A stretch of DNA of 63,082 bases from Burkholderiales bacterium (GCA_035574195.1 DATLZE010000170.1:1-63082); one strand, 5' to 3'. Numbered from the stretch's first letter, positions 11,129-19,610 are shown. Translations and numbers: made by a program. The notes: generated by a model not told the origin, from the sequence alone.

Positions 11129-13144
11129 ATGAGAGTCCCGGAGAGCTGGCTGCGCACTTTTGTCAATCCGCCGCTCGCCACGCGCGAGCTCGCGGACGCG
11201 CTCTCCATGGGCGGGCTCGAGGTGGAGCAGATCGAGTCCGACGGCGAGGACCAGGTGCTCACGCTCAAGCCCACCCCCAACCGCGGCGACTGCCTGAGCG
11301 TGCTCGGCGTCGCGCGCGAGGTCGCGGCCCTGACCGGCGCTCCCCTCGCGCTGCCCGAGGTCAGGCCCGCGCGCGCCACCATCGCCGATCGGCTCCCGGT
11401 CGCGCTCGCCGCGCCGCAGGCCTGCCCGCGCTACTGCGGGCGGCTGGTGCGCGGAGTCAATGCCGCCGCCGCGACGCCGCAATGGATGGCGCGGCGCCTT
11501 GCGCGCAGCGGCATCCGCTCGGTGAGCGCTCTGGTGGACATCACCAATTACGTGATGCTCGAGCTGGGGCAACCGCTGCACGCCTTCGACGCGGCACGGC
11601 TCGAGGGCGGGATCCGGGTGCGCTTCGCCGCGCCCGGCGAGAAGCTGACGCTGCTCAACGGCGTGGTGCCGCCACTCGCGCCGGAATTCCTGGTCATCGC
11701 CGACGAGGCGAAGGCGGTGGCGCTCGCTGGCATCATGGGCGGGCTCGACACGGCGGTGAGCGAGGCGACACGCGACGTGTTCCTGGAAAGCGCCTTTTTC
11801 AGCCCGCACGCGATCGCGGGCAAGGCCCGCGCGCTCGGACTCGGTTCCGACTCCGCCTACCGCTTCGAGCGCGGGGTGGATTTCGCCGGCACCGAGACGG
11901 CACTGGAGCGCGCGACCCAGCTCGTGCTCGAGATCTGCGGCGGGGCCGCCGGCCCGGTCACGGAGGCGCGCGCAGCGCTGCCCGCGCGCGATCCGGTGCG
12001 GCTGCGGCTCGCGCGCCTCGAGCGCATGCTCGGCGTGCGCCTCGACGCGGTCCAGACGGGCGACATCCTGCGCCGGCTGCGCTTCGAGTTCACCGCGGCC
12101 GGGGGCGAATTCCGGGTGATTCCTCCCACCTATCGCTTCGACATCGCGATCGAGGAGGACCTCGTGGAGGAGATCGCCCGCATCCACGGCTACGAGAAGA
12201 TCCCGGCCACCCTGCCCGCCGCGCCCGGCGGCATGCTGCCGGCGCCGGAGGCGCGCCGCGAGGTTGCGGCCGTGCGCCGGCTGCTCGTCGCGCGCGATTA
12301 CCAGGAGATCGTGAGTTACAGCTTCGTGGACGCCGACTGGGAGCGCGACCTCGCCGGCAACGCGCGCCCGGTCGCGCTCGCCAATCCCATCGCGGCCAAC
12401 ATGAGCGTGATGCGCTCGAGCCTCGCCGGCAGCCTGATCCAGTGCCTCGCGCACAACCTCGCGCGCAAGCAGTCGCGGGTGCGCATCTTCGAGATCGGCC
12501 GCTGCTTCATGGCGCAGGGGGCCGAGGGCTATCGCCAGCCGCTGCGCATCGGCGCGCTCGCCTACGGCGACGCGCTTCCCGAGCAGTGGGGAAGCCCCGC
12601 GCGGCGCGCCGATTTCTACGATGTGAAGGGCGACGTGGAGGCGCTGCTCGCGCCGCGGCAGGCGCAGTTTCGCGCGACGAGCCACCCGGCGCTGCATCCC
12701 GGCAAATCGGCCGAGGTGCTGGTCGAGGGCAGGCCGGCGGGCTGGATCGGGGAATTGCATCCCCGCTGGCAACAGAAGTATGATCTGCCGCTCGCGCCCG
12801 TCCTGTTCGAACTCGAATACGAATTGATCAGCGAGCGGAGACTGCCGGCGTACCACGAAACCTCGAAATTCCCGCCAGTGCGGCGCGACCTCGCCGTGAT
12901 CGTCGCCGAGGCTGTCCATTATCAGGACGTGATCGAGGTGCTGCGCCGCAACAGCCCGGCCATCGTCACCGAGATCGGGCTCTTCGACGTGTATCGCGGG
13001 GGTCTAGAAAAAGGGAAAAAAAGTCTTGCATTCAGGGTGTTATTGCAGGATACTCACAAGACTCTGACCGACGCGGAAGTGGATTCCGCCATCGCCCGAC
13101 TGGTCCAGGTGTTGCAGCAGGAATTCGATGCGAAACTGCGTTGA
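11129..13144 (+). CDS. pheT: Phenylalanine--tRNA ligase beta subunit, short form without B2 OB-fold
   Basis: [19 protein letters not shown]-terminal [11 protein letters not shown] (FDX-ACB); 671 aa. Confidence 0.95.
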   Translation: MRVPESWLRTFVNPPLATRELADALSMGGLEVEQIESDGEDQVLTLKPTPNRGDCLSVLGVAREVAALTGAPLALPEVRPARATIADRLPVALAAPQACPRYCGRLVRGVNAAAATPQWMARRLARSGIRSVSALVDITNYVMLELGQPLHAFDAARLEGGIRVRFAAPGEKLTLLNGVVPPLAPEFLVIADEAKAVALAGIMGGLDTAVSEATRDVFLESAFFSPHAIAGKARALGLGSDSAYRFERGVDFAGTETALERATQLVLEICGGAAGPVTEARAALPARDPVRLRLARLERMLGVRLDAVQTGDILRRLRFEFTAAGGEFRVIPPTYRFDIAIEEDLVEEIARIHGYEKIPATLPAAPGGMLPAPEARREVAAVRRLLVARDYQEIVSYSFVDADWERDLAGNARPVALANPIAANMSVMRSSLAGSLIQCLAHNLARKQSRVRIFEIGRCFMAQGAEGYRQPLRIGALAYGDALPEQWGSPARRADFYDVKGDVEALLAPRQAQFRATSHPALHPGKSAEVLVEGRPAGWIGELHPRWQQKYDLPLAPVLFELEYELISERRLPAYHETSKFPPVRRDLAVIVAEAVHYQDVIEVLRRNSPAIVTEIGLFDVYRGGLEKGKKSLAFRVLLQDTHKTLTDAEVDSAIARLVQVLQQEFDAKLR

Positions 13145-13157
13145 AAGAGGGGACAAC

Positions 13158-13466
13158 ATGACATTAACCAAGGCCGAACTTGCGGACCTTCTGTTCGAGA
13201 AGGTTGGCTTCAATAAACGCGAAGCCAAGGACATGGTCGAGTCGTTCTTCGAGGAAGTGCGCAGCGCGCTCGAAAACGGGCAGGGGGTGAAGCTCTCCGG
13301 CTTCGGCAACTTTCAGCTGCGCGACAAGCCGCAGCGCCCCGGCCGCAATCCCAAAACGGGGGAGGAGATTCCGATCACGGCGCGCCGCGTCGTGACGTTC
13401 CACGCATCGCAGAAGCTCAAGGCGATGGTGGAACAGAACTATCATGGAAACAAGCCACAGTCCTAA
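13158..13466 (+). CDS. ihfA: Integration host factor alpha
   Basis: MTLTKAEL...VKLSGFGNF...[11 protein letters not shown]. Confidence 0.97.
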   Translation: MTLTKAELADLLFEKVGFNKREAKDMVESFFEEVRSALENGQGVKLSGFGNFQLRDKPQRPGRNPKTGEEIPITARRVVTFHASQKLKAMVEQNYHGNKPQS

Positions 13467-13809
13467 GACGCAGCTGCCGCCGATCCCGGCGAAGCGCTAC
13501 TTCACCATCGGTGAGGTGAGCGAGCTGTGCGGCGTGAAGCCCCATGTGCTGCGTTACTGGGAGCAGGAATTCACCCAGCTAAAGCCCGTGAAGCGCCGCG
13601 GCAATCGGCGCTATTATCAGCATCACGAAGTGCTGCTCATCCGCCGCATCCGGGAGCTGCTCTACGATCAGGGCTTCACCATCAGCGGCGCGCGCAACCG
13701 CCTCGACGAGGCGGCCTCCGAACCCTCGCGCGCGGCGCGCGCCACGCACGCCAACCTCGCCGCCGTGCGCAGGGAAATCCAGAGCGTGATCGAGCTGCTG
13801 CGCAGCTAG
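13444..13809 (+). CDS. MerR-family transcriptional regulator
   Basis: [13 protein letters not shown]...[10 protein letters not shown]; usual neighbour of ihfA. Confidence 0.9.
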   Translation: METSHSPKTQLPPIPAKRYFTIGEVSELCGVKPHVLRYWEQEFTQLKPVKRRGNRRYYQHHEVLLIRRIRELLYDQGFTISGARNRLDEAASEPSRAARATHANLAAVRREIQSVIELLRS

Positions 13810-13842
13810 CGATCCGGCGCGCCGCCGCGCGGCAGCCTGGGA

Positions 13843-13848
13843 TATAAT
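13843..13848 (+). promoter_or_regulatory. Host -10 box of the original tRNA-Pro promoter
   Basis: TATAAT 9 nt upstream of the tRNA 5' fragment. Confidence 0.55.
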
Positions 13849-13856
13849 CCGCCGCT

Positions 13857-13899
13857 TCGGGGCGTAGCGCAGCCTGGTAGCGTACCGGCATGGGGTGCC
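13857..13899 (+). pseudogene. Left att repeat: 5' half of tRNA-Pro(GGG)
   Basis: 43 bp identical to 21994-22036; diverges within the 3' strand of the anticodon stem and is followed by AGCTTTTTT. Confidence 0.92.
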
Positions 13900-13949
13900 A
13901 GCTTTTTTCGGTCGCTATCGGTTTGATCGCGCGCCGCGATTCCTTCGCG

Positions 13950-14015
13950 GTTTGAAAATTATGCGCCCCCGAAATCGGCCTCTGTTCTACCCGTAGCATC
14001 CCCGAATTTTCAAAC
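13950..14015. repeat. AATTTTCAAAC motif pair at left end (candidate integrase arm sites)
   Basis: Copies at 13950-13960 (minus strand) and 14005-14015 (plus); same 11-mer at 21899 and 21928. Confidence 0.6.
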
Positions 14016-14033
14016 CGGCCGCCGCGTTCCTCG

Positions 14034-14062
14034 TTGACCCTCATACGGGTTTCCCGTATGAT
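14034..14062 (+). promoter_or_regulatory. Sigma70 promoter with overlapping palindromic operator
   Basis: TTGACC-17 bp-TATGAT; perfect inverted repeat TCATACGGG-ttt-CCCGTATGA at 14041-14061. Confidence 0.75.
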
Positions 14063-14069
14063 GCCCGGC

Positions 14070-14273
14070 ATGAACGCGAAGCGGATTCGTGAGATCCGGG
14101 CCCGCCTGGGGCTCACGCAGCGCGAGCTCGGCGAGCTGCTCAACGTGTCGCCGCGCACCGTGCAGGATTGGGAGCAGGGACGCCACGCGCCGCGGAGCTC
14201 GGCGATTCTGCTCCTGGAGCTGGCCGACCGCGGATTGCTGACGCGGGCGCCTCGTCAAGGCGACCGGGCGTGA
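14070..14273 (+). CDS. Xre/Cro-C1 HTH regulator (probably leaderless)
   Basis: IREIRARLGLTQRELGELLNVSPRTVQDWEQG HTH pattern; ATG at the expected +1 of the promoter. Confidence 0.85.
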   Translation: MNAKRIREIRARLGLTQRELGELLNVSPRTVQDWEQGRHAPRSSAILLLELADRGLLTRAPRQGDRA

Positions 14274-14791
14274 CGAGCGACAATTCCAGGCGCGCCAAAG
14301 AGGAGCGCATCCTCAGACGGGCCGCCGCCATTCTCGAGCGCCGCCTACTCGCCCCTCGCGGCCCGAAAATTCACAGCTCTCACGAGGCGAAGCAGTTCGT
14401 CGCGCTCCGCCTCGCGCACGAGCAGCGCGAGGTCATCCTCGCAATCTGGCTGGACGCCGACGGGCGCGTCCTGGCGGTGGAAGAAGCAGCGTTTGGCACG
14501 GTCCACAAGGTGGTTCTGCATCCGCGGGAGCTCGTGCGGAGTGCGCTCCGCCTCAACGCCTGCCGCCTCATCATCGCGCACAATCATCCGGGCGGCTCGG
14601 CGGACTTCTCCAAGAGCGACCGGATTTTGACGGAATCGCTGCGCCACGCCCTGAGTCTCATAGACGTCGAGGTGCTGGATCATCTGCTGATCGGCGAGCG
14701 CGTCGTGTCGCTGGCCGAGATCGAGGCCAGCGAACGCGCCAAGCAGCCGGAGCGCGCAGCACCACCCGAGGCCTTGCACGAGGCGCCATGA
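14270..14791 (+). CDS. RadC-like JAB domain protein
   Basis: Intact JAMM motif HNH-x7-S-x2-D (HNHPGGSADFSKSD), VLDHLLIG; GTG overlaps the xre stop. Confidence 0.88.
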   Translation: MTSDNSRRAKEERILRRAAAILERRLLAPRGPKIHSSHEAKQFVALRLAHEQREVILAIWLDADGRVLAVEEAAFGTVHKVVLHPRELVRSALRLNACRLIIAHNHPGGSADFSKSDRILTESLRHALSLIDVEVLDHLLIGERVVSLAEIEASERAKQPERAAPPEALHEAP

Positions 14792-15486
14792 TCGCGCGCC
14801 GCCGACCGCCAGCCGCAGCCCGTCGCCGGCGCGCGAGGGCCGCAAAGGCTCGCGCAAGGCGCCCCGTATCGCCTGAACGGCCGCCCGCCCGGGTCGCCGC
14901 TGTAATCGCATCGCTGGCGCCCGGGGAGCGTATTTCGTGGTCGCCCGGGCAAGATCCTGATCGGCTCCGAGCTGCGCTGTGGCTTGCGAGCGGGCCCGGA
15001 CGCGCTTGGCGGGTCGAGCGATGGGCGCAGAGCGTCAAGGACGGCAAGGAGCGGCTCGATCTCGCGCGCAACGTGATCGCTCTGGTCGCGAGGATCCGGG
15101 AACTCTACCGCGCAGGCAACGGGCGGCTCGCCGACATCCTGGTCGAACGGGCCGAGCGGATGGTGGAGCGGGCGGGATACCTCAAGCTTTTTGATCTCGA
15201 TTTGCTGCCGCTATGGGAGCAGCAACGACGGGCTGCCTCGCAACCGAGAAGCAAGGTCGTGATGCTTGTCAGGGACGAAATCGCCGCCGCACTGAGCGCG
15301 GGCGTGCAGCTCACGGCTCGGAGGCTGCTCGATTTCATGCAGCAACGCGGGAAAGCGCTCAAGACCAACGATGGCTACGTGGGATTTCTTGATAATCAAT
15401 CTCACGTTATTGGGTATGTACTTTTTCAATCGTATAAAACCTTGGTCTCCCGAGAGAAGAAGAAGATGAGCGCTGGCAGCTTGTAG
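14788..15486 (+). CDS. Hypothetical protein
   Basis: 232-aa ORF coupled to radC by ATGA; AT-richer 3' end; no family recognised; start uncertain. Confidence 0.55.
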   Translation: MIARRRPPAAARRRRARAAKARARRPVSPERPPARVAAVIASLAPGERISWSPGQDPDRLRAALWLASGPGRAWRVERWAQSVKDGKERLDLARNVIALVARIRELYRAGNGRLADILVERAERMVERAGYLKLFDLDLLPLWEQQRRAASQPRSKVVMLVRDEIAAALSAGVQLTARRLLDFMQQRGKALKTNDGYVGFLDNQSHVIGYVLFQSYKTLVSREKKKMSAGSL

Positions 15487-15565
15487 ACAGAACGCCCTCT
15501 GAGTACGCCGGCGGCGTGCGTGCGCGTGTAAATTAGTCTCATCGGCGAACCAAAAAGGACCTCCT

Positions 15566-16252
15566 GTGGGCCGGCGCCTGATCGAATTTCCAGAATATCA
15601 CGCGTGTTTATCTAAGCTCGAGGAGCTCTCTGTCGAATTTGGGAAAACGAGAGACCAGGCGCGCGATCTCGAGGTTCGCCTCGCGAACCTACGCGGCGCG
15701 CGTGTTTCCGCCGCGACCGACGAGGTTGAGGCCGAAGCGACCGCGCTCGTCGCCGGCAACGACGGCGGCGCGCGCGAAGTCGCCCGTCTACGTGATGACC
15801 TTGCGGCGCTCCGCCATCGCGCCCGCGTGCTCGGGCGTGCAGTGCAGCTCCAAGAGATCGCGCTCGAAGCACTTCGCGGCCGACTGAGTGCGCGCGTCGC
15901 GGCAGAGGTTAAAGAGGAGCACCGCGAACTCGCGCGCCGCATCGCGCGCGCCGCGATCGAACTCGCGCGAGCGCTCGAGGCCGAGGCCGCCTTCCGGCGC
16001 GAGCTCTCAGACGGCGGCATCCTGGCGGATGTTCTACCAGCAGCCCAGCTTCCCGGTTTCCGCCTAGCCGCGGAGGGGTCGCGCATTGGCGCCTTCCTCC
16101 TGCGCTTGCTCGGCGCCGGCCTCATCGCTGTGGATGACTTGCCAGACGAGCTCAAAACCCAGGGCGAGGCGCTTCTTCGCGCAGAAGCGGCGCAGCCGGG
16201 GGTTGTTCCCAGATCGCGGCGGGTCTCTCGTCCCTGGTTTTTCGAGACGTAA
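15566..16252 (+). CDS. Hypothetical coiled-coil protein
   Basis: 228 aa, L/A/E/R-rich heptad-like helical sequence; AAAGGA just upstream of GTG. Confidence 0.65.
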   Translation: MGRRLIEFPEYHACLSKLEELSVEFGKTRDQARDLEVRLANLRGARVSAATDEVEAEATALVAGNDGGAREVARLRDDLAALRHRARVLGRAVQLQEIALEALRGRLSARVAAEVKEEHRELARRIARAAIELARALEAEAAFRRELSDGGILADVLPAAQLPGFRLAAEGSRIGAFLLRLLGAGLIAVDDLPDELKTQGEALLRAEAAQPGVVPRSRRVSRPWFFET

Positions 16253-16263
16253 AGACACCCATC

Positions 16264-16749
16264 ATGCCGGGGCGAACACGCGAGCGCGTGAAGGGGCGGA
16301 GGGCACGCGGAAGTTTCGTGGCATTGCCACACGAGTATTTCGAGAGCCCCGAGTATGCAGAACTGTCGCCGCGCGCGGTCAAGGCGCTGCTCGACATCTA
16401 CTGTCAGTTCCGCGGTTCGAACAACGGCCTGTTGACTGCGTCATGGGGCATCATGCGGGCGCGCGGCTGGCGCTCGAAGTCGAACCTTCGAAACGCCGTG
16501 CGAGAGTTGCTCGACCGCGGATGGTTGATTACCACCCGCCGAGGCGGGCGGCACTGCGCGACCTGTTTCGCGGTAACGTTCTTAGGAATAGACGAGTGCG
16601 GCGGGGCGCTCGATATCACGCCGTCGCCCTACCCGTTGCACTTGTGGCGGCGCTCGTGCTCGCTCCGGAAAAATTTTTTTCCTACCCCACCTGTGTTCGA
16701 AGGAAGGCCACCTGCGGGGCAGAATTGCCCCACCGAGAACACCCTGTAG
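16264..16749 (+). CDS. Winged-HTH protein, putative replication initiator
   Basis: FVALPH...NNGLL...GWRSKSNLRNAVRELLDRGWLITTRRGG pattern, which I recognise from proteobacterial prophage/integrated-element HTH proteins. Confidence 0.6.
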   Translation: MPGRTRERVKGRRARGSFVALPHEYFESPEYAELSPRAVKALLDIYCQFRGSNNGLLTASWGIMRARGWRSKSNLRNAVRELLDRGWLITTRRGGRHCATCFAVTFLGIDECGGALDITPSPYPLHLWRRSCSLRKNFFPTPPVFEGRPPAGQNCPTENTL

Positions 16750-16812
16750 CCCGCATATGGTGCAATCGAAGGCATTTTCGCCAAAATTTCGCCCCACCAG
16801 CGGGGTGCAATT
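16685..16812 (+). repeat. Iteron-like direct repeats
   Basis: CCCCACC at 16685, 16728, 16792; CCACCnGCGGGGnnnAATT at 16708-16726 and 16794-16812 (15/19 identical). Confidence 0.5.
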
Positions 16813-16886
16813 CTATATTTACCATGTGCGCGGTGTTTAGCAGCGTAGCGATGATGAACTCTCGGCGTGAAAATGACGCGGTCGCT

Positions 16887-16909
16887 AACGGTGACTATGG
16901 GTCACCGTT
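16887..16909. other. Perfect 9-bp inverted repeat (terminator or operator)
   Basis: AACGGTGAC-tatgg-GTCACCGTT followed by TTCT. Confidence 0.55.
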
Positions 16910-16981
16910 TTCTCGTCCCGGTCCGGGCGCGGCGAGGCGCGTTGTCCGCGCGCCGCAGCGCGCCGCGCACGTGCTCGGACC

Positions 16982-17070
16982 GGAGGGTGGGTTAAAACTT
17001 CGGGGGCTGGGCGCTGGCGACCGTGCGCCCAATCGCGCGCGCGCCGTCGCGAAATTGGCAAGGGGGGGGT
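16982..17070 (+). promoter_or_regulatory. Candidate cos-like packaging region
   Basis: GGGTGGGTTAAAACTTC...GACCGTGCGCCCAA...CGCGAAATT...GGGGGGGG resembles, from memory, the non-coding DNA upstream of terS in HK97-like prophages; unverified. Confidence 0.45.
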
Positions 17071-17088
17071 TGGCAAGGAGTTTCTAAG

Positions 17089-18897
17089 ATGAGCGCTCTC
17101 GGGAAGCTGGTGATCGAGCTCTCGGCTGATACCGTCCAGTTCGCGAGCGACCTCGGCAAAGCCGCCCGCCTCTCCGAGCAGCGGGCGCAGGAGATCTCGA
17201 GGGCGCTCGGCGTTGCGACGGGCGCGTTCGCCTCGTTGACTGCCGCCGCGGCTGCCTTGGCGAAGTCAGCGATCAACGACATGGACGCGCTCAACAAAAT
17301 GTCGCAGCGAGTCGGGGTGTCGGTTGAAGCGCTCTCGAGCCTGAGATACGCCGCGCAGCTCGCCGACGTGAACACGGAGGCGCTCGGCGTCGGCCTGCGG
17401 AAGTTGAGCGTCCACATGCTCGACGCCCAGGCCGGGACGGGCGAGGCGCATGAAGCGTTCCGGGCCCTGGGCGTCGAGGTGAAGAACGCGGACGGCTCGC
17501 TGCGCGGGGCGCATGACGTGCTGCGCGACGTTGCGAATCGCTTCGCCGCGATGCAGGACGGTGCCACCAAAACCGCGTTCGCGGTGCGATTGTTCGGCAA
17601 GAGCGGCTCCGACCTGATCCCGCTGCTGAACCAGGGCGCTGCTGGCCTGGACCTCGCGGCGAAAGAAGCCGAGCGCTTCGGGCTCATCGTGACCGCCGAA
17701 GCCGCCAAGGCAGCGGAAGAATTTAACGACAACCTGACGCGCCTCGGCCGAGCCGCTTCCGCGCTCGGGATCTCGCTCGCCTCGCCGCTGCTGGAGACTC
17801 TGGTCAGCATCACGAATCAACTGCGGGATGCCGCAACCGCCGCAGGCGGCTTCTGGAAGGCGTTGCTCGATCCCGGCATCAGCGGTATCGCCGACCCGGG
17901 GAAGAAGATCCTCGAGCTCGAGGGCAAGCTCGCGAAGCTGAAAAAGCTGCGCGATGAGCTTTCGGTCCCGACGCTCACGAATCGGCTGAATGATCTCGTG
18001 TTCGGCGACGTGCATGACCTCAATCTCCAAATCGCGGCGCTCGAGAAGCAGCTCGCGATTTTGCGGTCCATGCAGGACATCAAGCTCGAGCGCCTCGCGG
18101 TCGAGTCCATTCATCGAGCGAAGGCGCCGCCGCCGCGGCTGCCTGGTGGCGCCAGAAAAGACGCCGAGAACCTCGTGGGGCGCGCCTGGGCGGAAAATCA
18201 GGAGGAGTGGAACCGGATCATGTCCGAGGCCGCCGCCGCGAGCGACAAGTTCAACGCCACCATGCGCGAGCGCGCCTTCTTCGAAAACATGGCCTGGCCG
18301 GGCGTCGAATCGAGCGAGGAGTTCCAGCGTCGCCTGAAGGCGCTGGACGAGCTGCTCGAGCTCGAGGAACGGCATATGCGGCTCATGGCCGGCTTCGACG
18401 AGACCGGCAAAGATCTGAACGAGACGCTCAAACAGCAAACCGACATCGCCCGCGAGCTGGGGCTGAGCTTCAGCTCCGCCTTCGAGGACGCGGCGATCGC
18501 CGGCAAGCGGCTCTCGGAGGTGCTCAAGGGGCTCGCGCAGGATGTCGCCCGCATTGTCTTTCGTCGCAGCGTGACCGAACCCTTGGCGAGCGCGGTCTCG
18601 AGTTTCGCCGGCGACCTGTTTAAAGGCTTCTTTAGCGCCCGGGCGCACGGTGGCGCGGTCGCGCCCGGGCGCGGTTACGTGGTCGGCGAGCGCGGCCCCG
18701 AGCTGTTCGTCCCGAGCACTGCGGGCGAGATCGTGCCGGCGCACGAGCTCGGGGCGACCACGATCGTAAATCTGGCGGTCAACCTAACATCGCTCGATCC
18801 GCGGGGCGCGGCGGCTGTCATCGCGCAGAACGCGCCCGTCGTGCTCGACATCGTGCGCCGCGAGGCTCACAAGCGACTGCGGGCGAGCCCGGTCTAG
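17089..18897 (+). CDS. Phage tail tape measure protein (602 aa)
   Basis: AAGGAG RBS; MSALGKLVIELSADT N-terminus, Ala-rich helical body, lambdoid-type C-terminus ARAHGGAV...YVVGERGPELFVP. Confidence 0.88.
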   Translation: MSALGKLVIELSADTVQFASDLGKAARLSEQRAQEISRALGVATGAFASLTAAAAALAKSAINDMDALNKMSQRVGVSVEALSSLRYAAQLADVNTEALGVGLRKLSVHMLDAQAGTGEAHEAFRALGVEVKNADGSLRGAHDVLRDVANRFAAMQDGATKTAFAVRLFGKSGSDLIPLLNQGAAGLDLAAKEAERFGLIVTAEAAKAAEEFNDNLTRLGRAASALGISLASPLLETLVSITNQLRDAATAAGGFWKALLDPGISGIADPGKKILELEGKLAKLKKLRDELSVPTLTNRLNDLVFGDVHDLNLQIAALEKQLAILRSMQDIKLERLAVESIHRAKAPPPRLPGGARKDAENLVGRAWAENQEEWNRIMSEAAAASDKFNATMRERAFFENMAWPGVESSEEFQRRLKALDELLELEERHMRLMAGFDETGKDLNETLKQQTDIARELGLSFSSAFEDAAIAGKRLSEVLKGLAQDVARIVFRRSVTEPLASAVSSFAGDLFKGFFSARAHGGAVAPGRGYVVGERGPELFVPSTAGEIVPAHELGATTIVNLAVNLTSLDPRGAAAVIAQNAPVVLDIVRREAHKRLRASPV

Positions 18898-18907
18898 AGG
18901 GGGCGCA

Positions 18908-19192
18908 ATGAAGGCCGAACTGCTGGAAGCCCTGAGACGCAGAGAAGAACGGATCGAGGTGGCCGGCCACGTGCTCATCGTGCGCGAGCCCGCGGCCGGC
19001 GACCAGCTCGATGATCTGTCCAGCGACCCCGACGCGGCCTACAAGTTGATCGTGGCTTGCACATACGACGCCGACGGCAACCGGGTTTTCACCGATGACG
19101 ACATCCCCGCCCTCAAGGCGGCCTCGCGCGGTTACGTGAAGCAGATCATCGAAATTCTCAACCGGATGCTCGTCGAGGATCGCAATGGGTGA
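18908..19192 (+). CDS. Tail assembly chaperone-like protein 1
   Basis: VREP...DADGNRVFTDDD pattern resembling Phage_TAC_1-type chaperones. Confidence 0.65.
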   Translation: MKAELLEALRRREERIEVAGHVLIVREPAAGDQLDDLSSDPDAAYKLIVACTYDADGNRVFTDDDIPALKAASRGYVKQIIEILNRMLVEDRNG

Positions 19193-19518
19193 GACCTCGC
19201 TCTTTTCCGAGCAGATGCTCCAGAACGCGGCACGGAGCAGGCGATTCGTGCAGTCTCTACGGGAAGCCCTCGGGCGTCGGGCCGACGAGATGCAGCGATT
19301 GTCGGCGGGGTTATCGCGCCGCGAGGCGCGCGTTCAGATCGGCGGGCAGATTTTGTGCGTGCGCGAGCCCGCGGCCGGCGACCAGCTCGATGATCTGTCC
19401 AGCGACCCCGACGCGGCCTACAAGTTGATCGTGACTTGCACATACGACGCCGACGGCAACCGGGTTTTCACCGATGACGACATCCCCGCCCTCAAGGCGG
19501 CCTCGCGCGGCTACGTGA
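18979..19518 (+). repeat. 161-bp direct repeat pair (18979-19139 and 19358-19518)
   Basis: Only 2 mismatches (19055 G/19434 A; 19132 T/19511 C). Confidence 0.95.
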
Positions 19519-19610
19519 GGCGGCTCGTCGAGAACATCAGCCGGGTGCTTATCTCGAGGACGTTTACCTATGCTCACCGTCGAGGTGCGCGGCCTGCGCG
19601 AGCTGCGTAA
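19185..19610 (+). CDS. Tail assembly chaperone-like protein 2 (N-terminally extended paralogue)
   Basis: Same core as ORF 18908 plus a helical N-terminal extension; overlaps both neighbours. Confidence 0.55.
   Translation: MGETSLFSEQMLQNAARSRRFVQSLREALGRRADEMQRLSAGLSRREARVQIGGQILCVREPAAGDQLDDLSSDPDAAYKLIVTCTYDADGNRVFTDDDIPALKAASRGYVRRLVENISRVLISRTFTYAHRRGARPARAA

Noticed and set aside
19081-19092. GGGTTTT as a chaperone -1 frameshift site
   Set aside because: In frame it reads CGG GTT TTC, not X XXY YYZ, and it lies mid-domain rather than near the stop.
18979-19518. 161-bp repeat pair as a DGR template/variable repeat
   Set aside because: No reverse transcriptase in the element or window, and only two mismatches.
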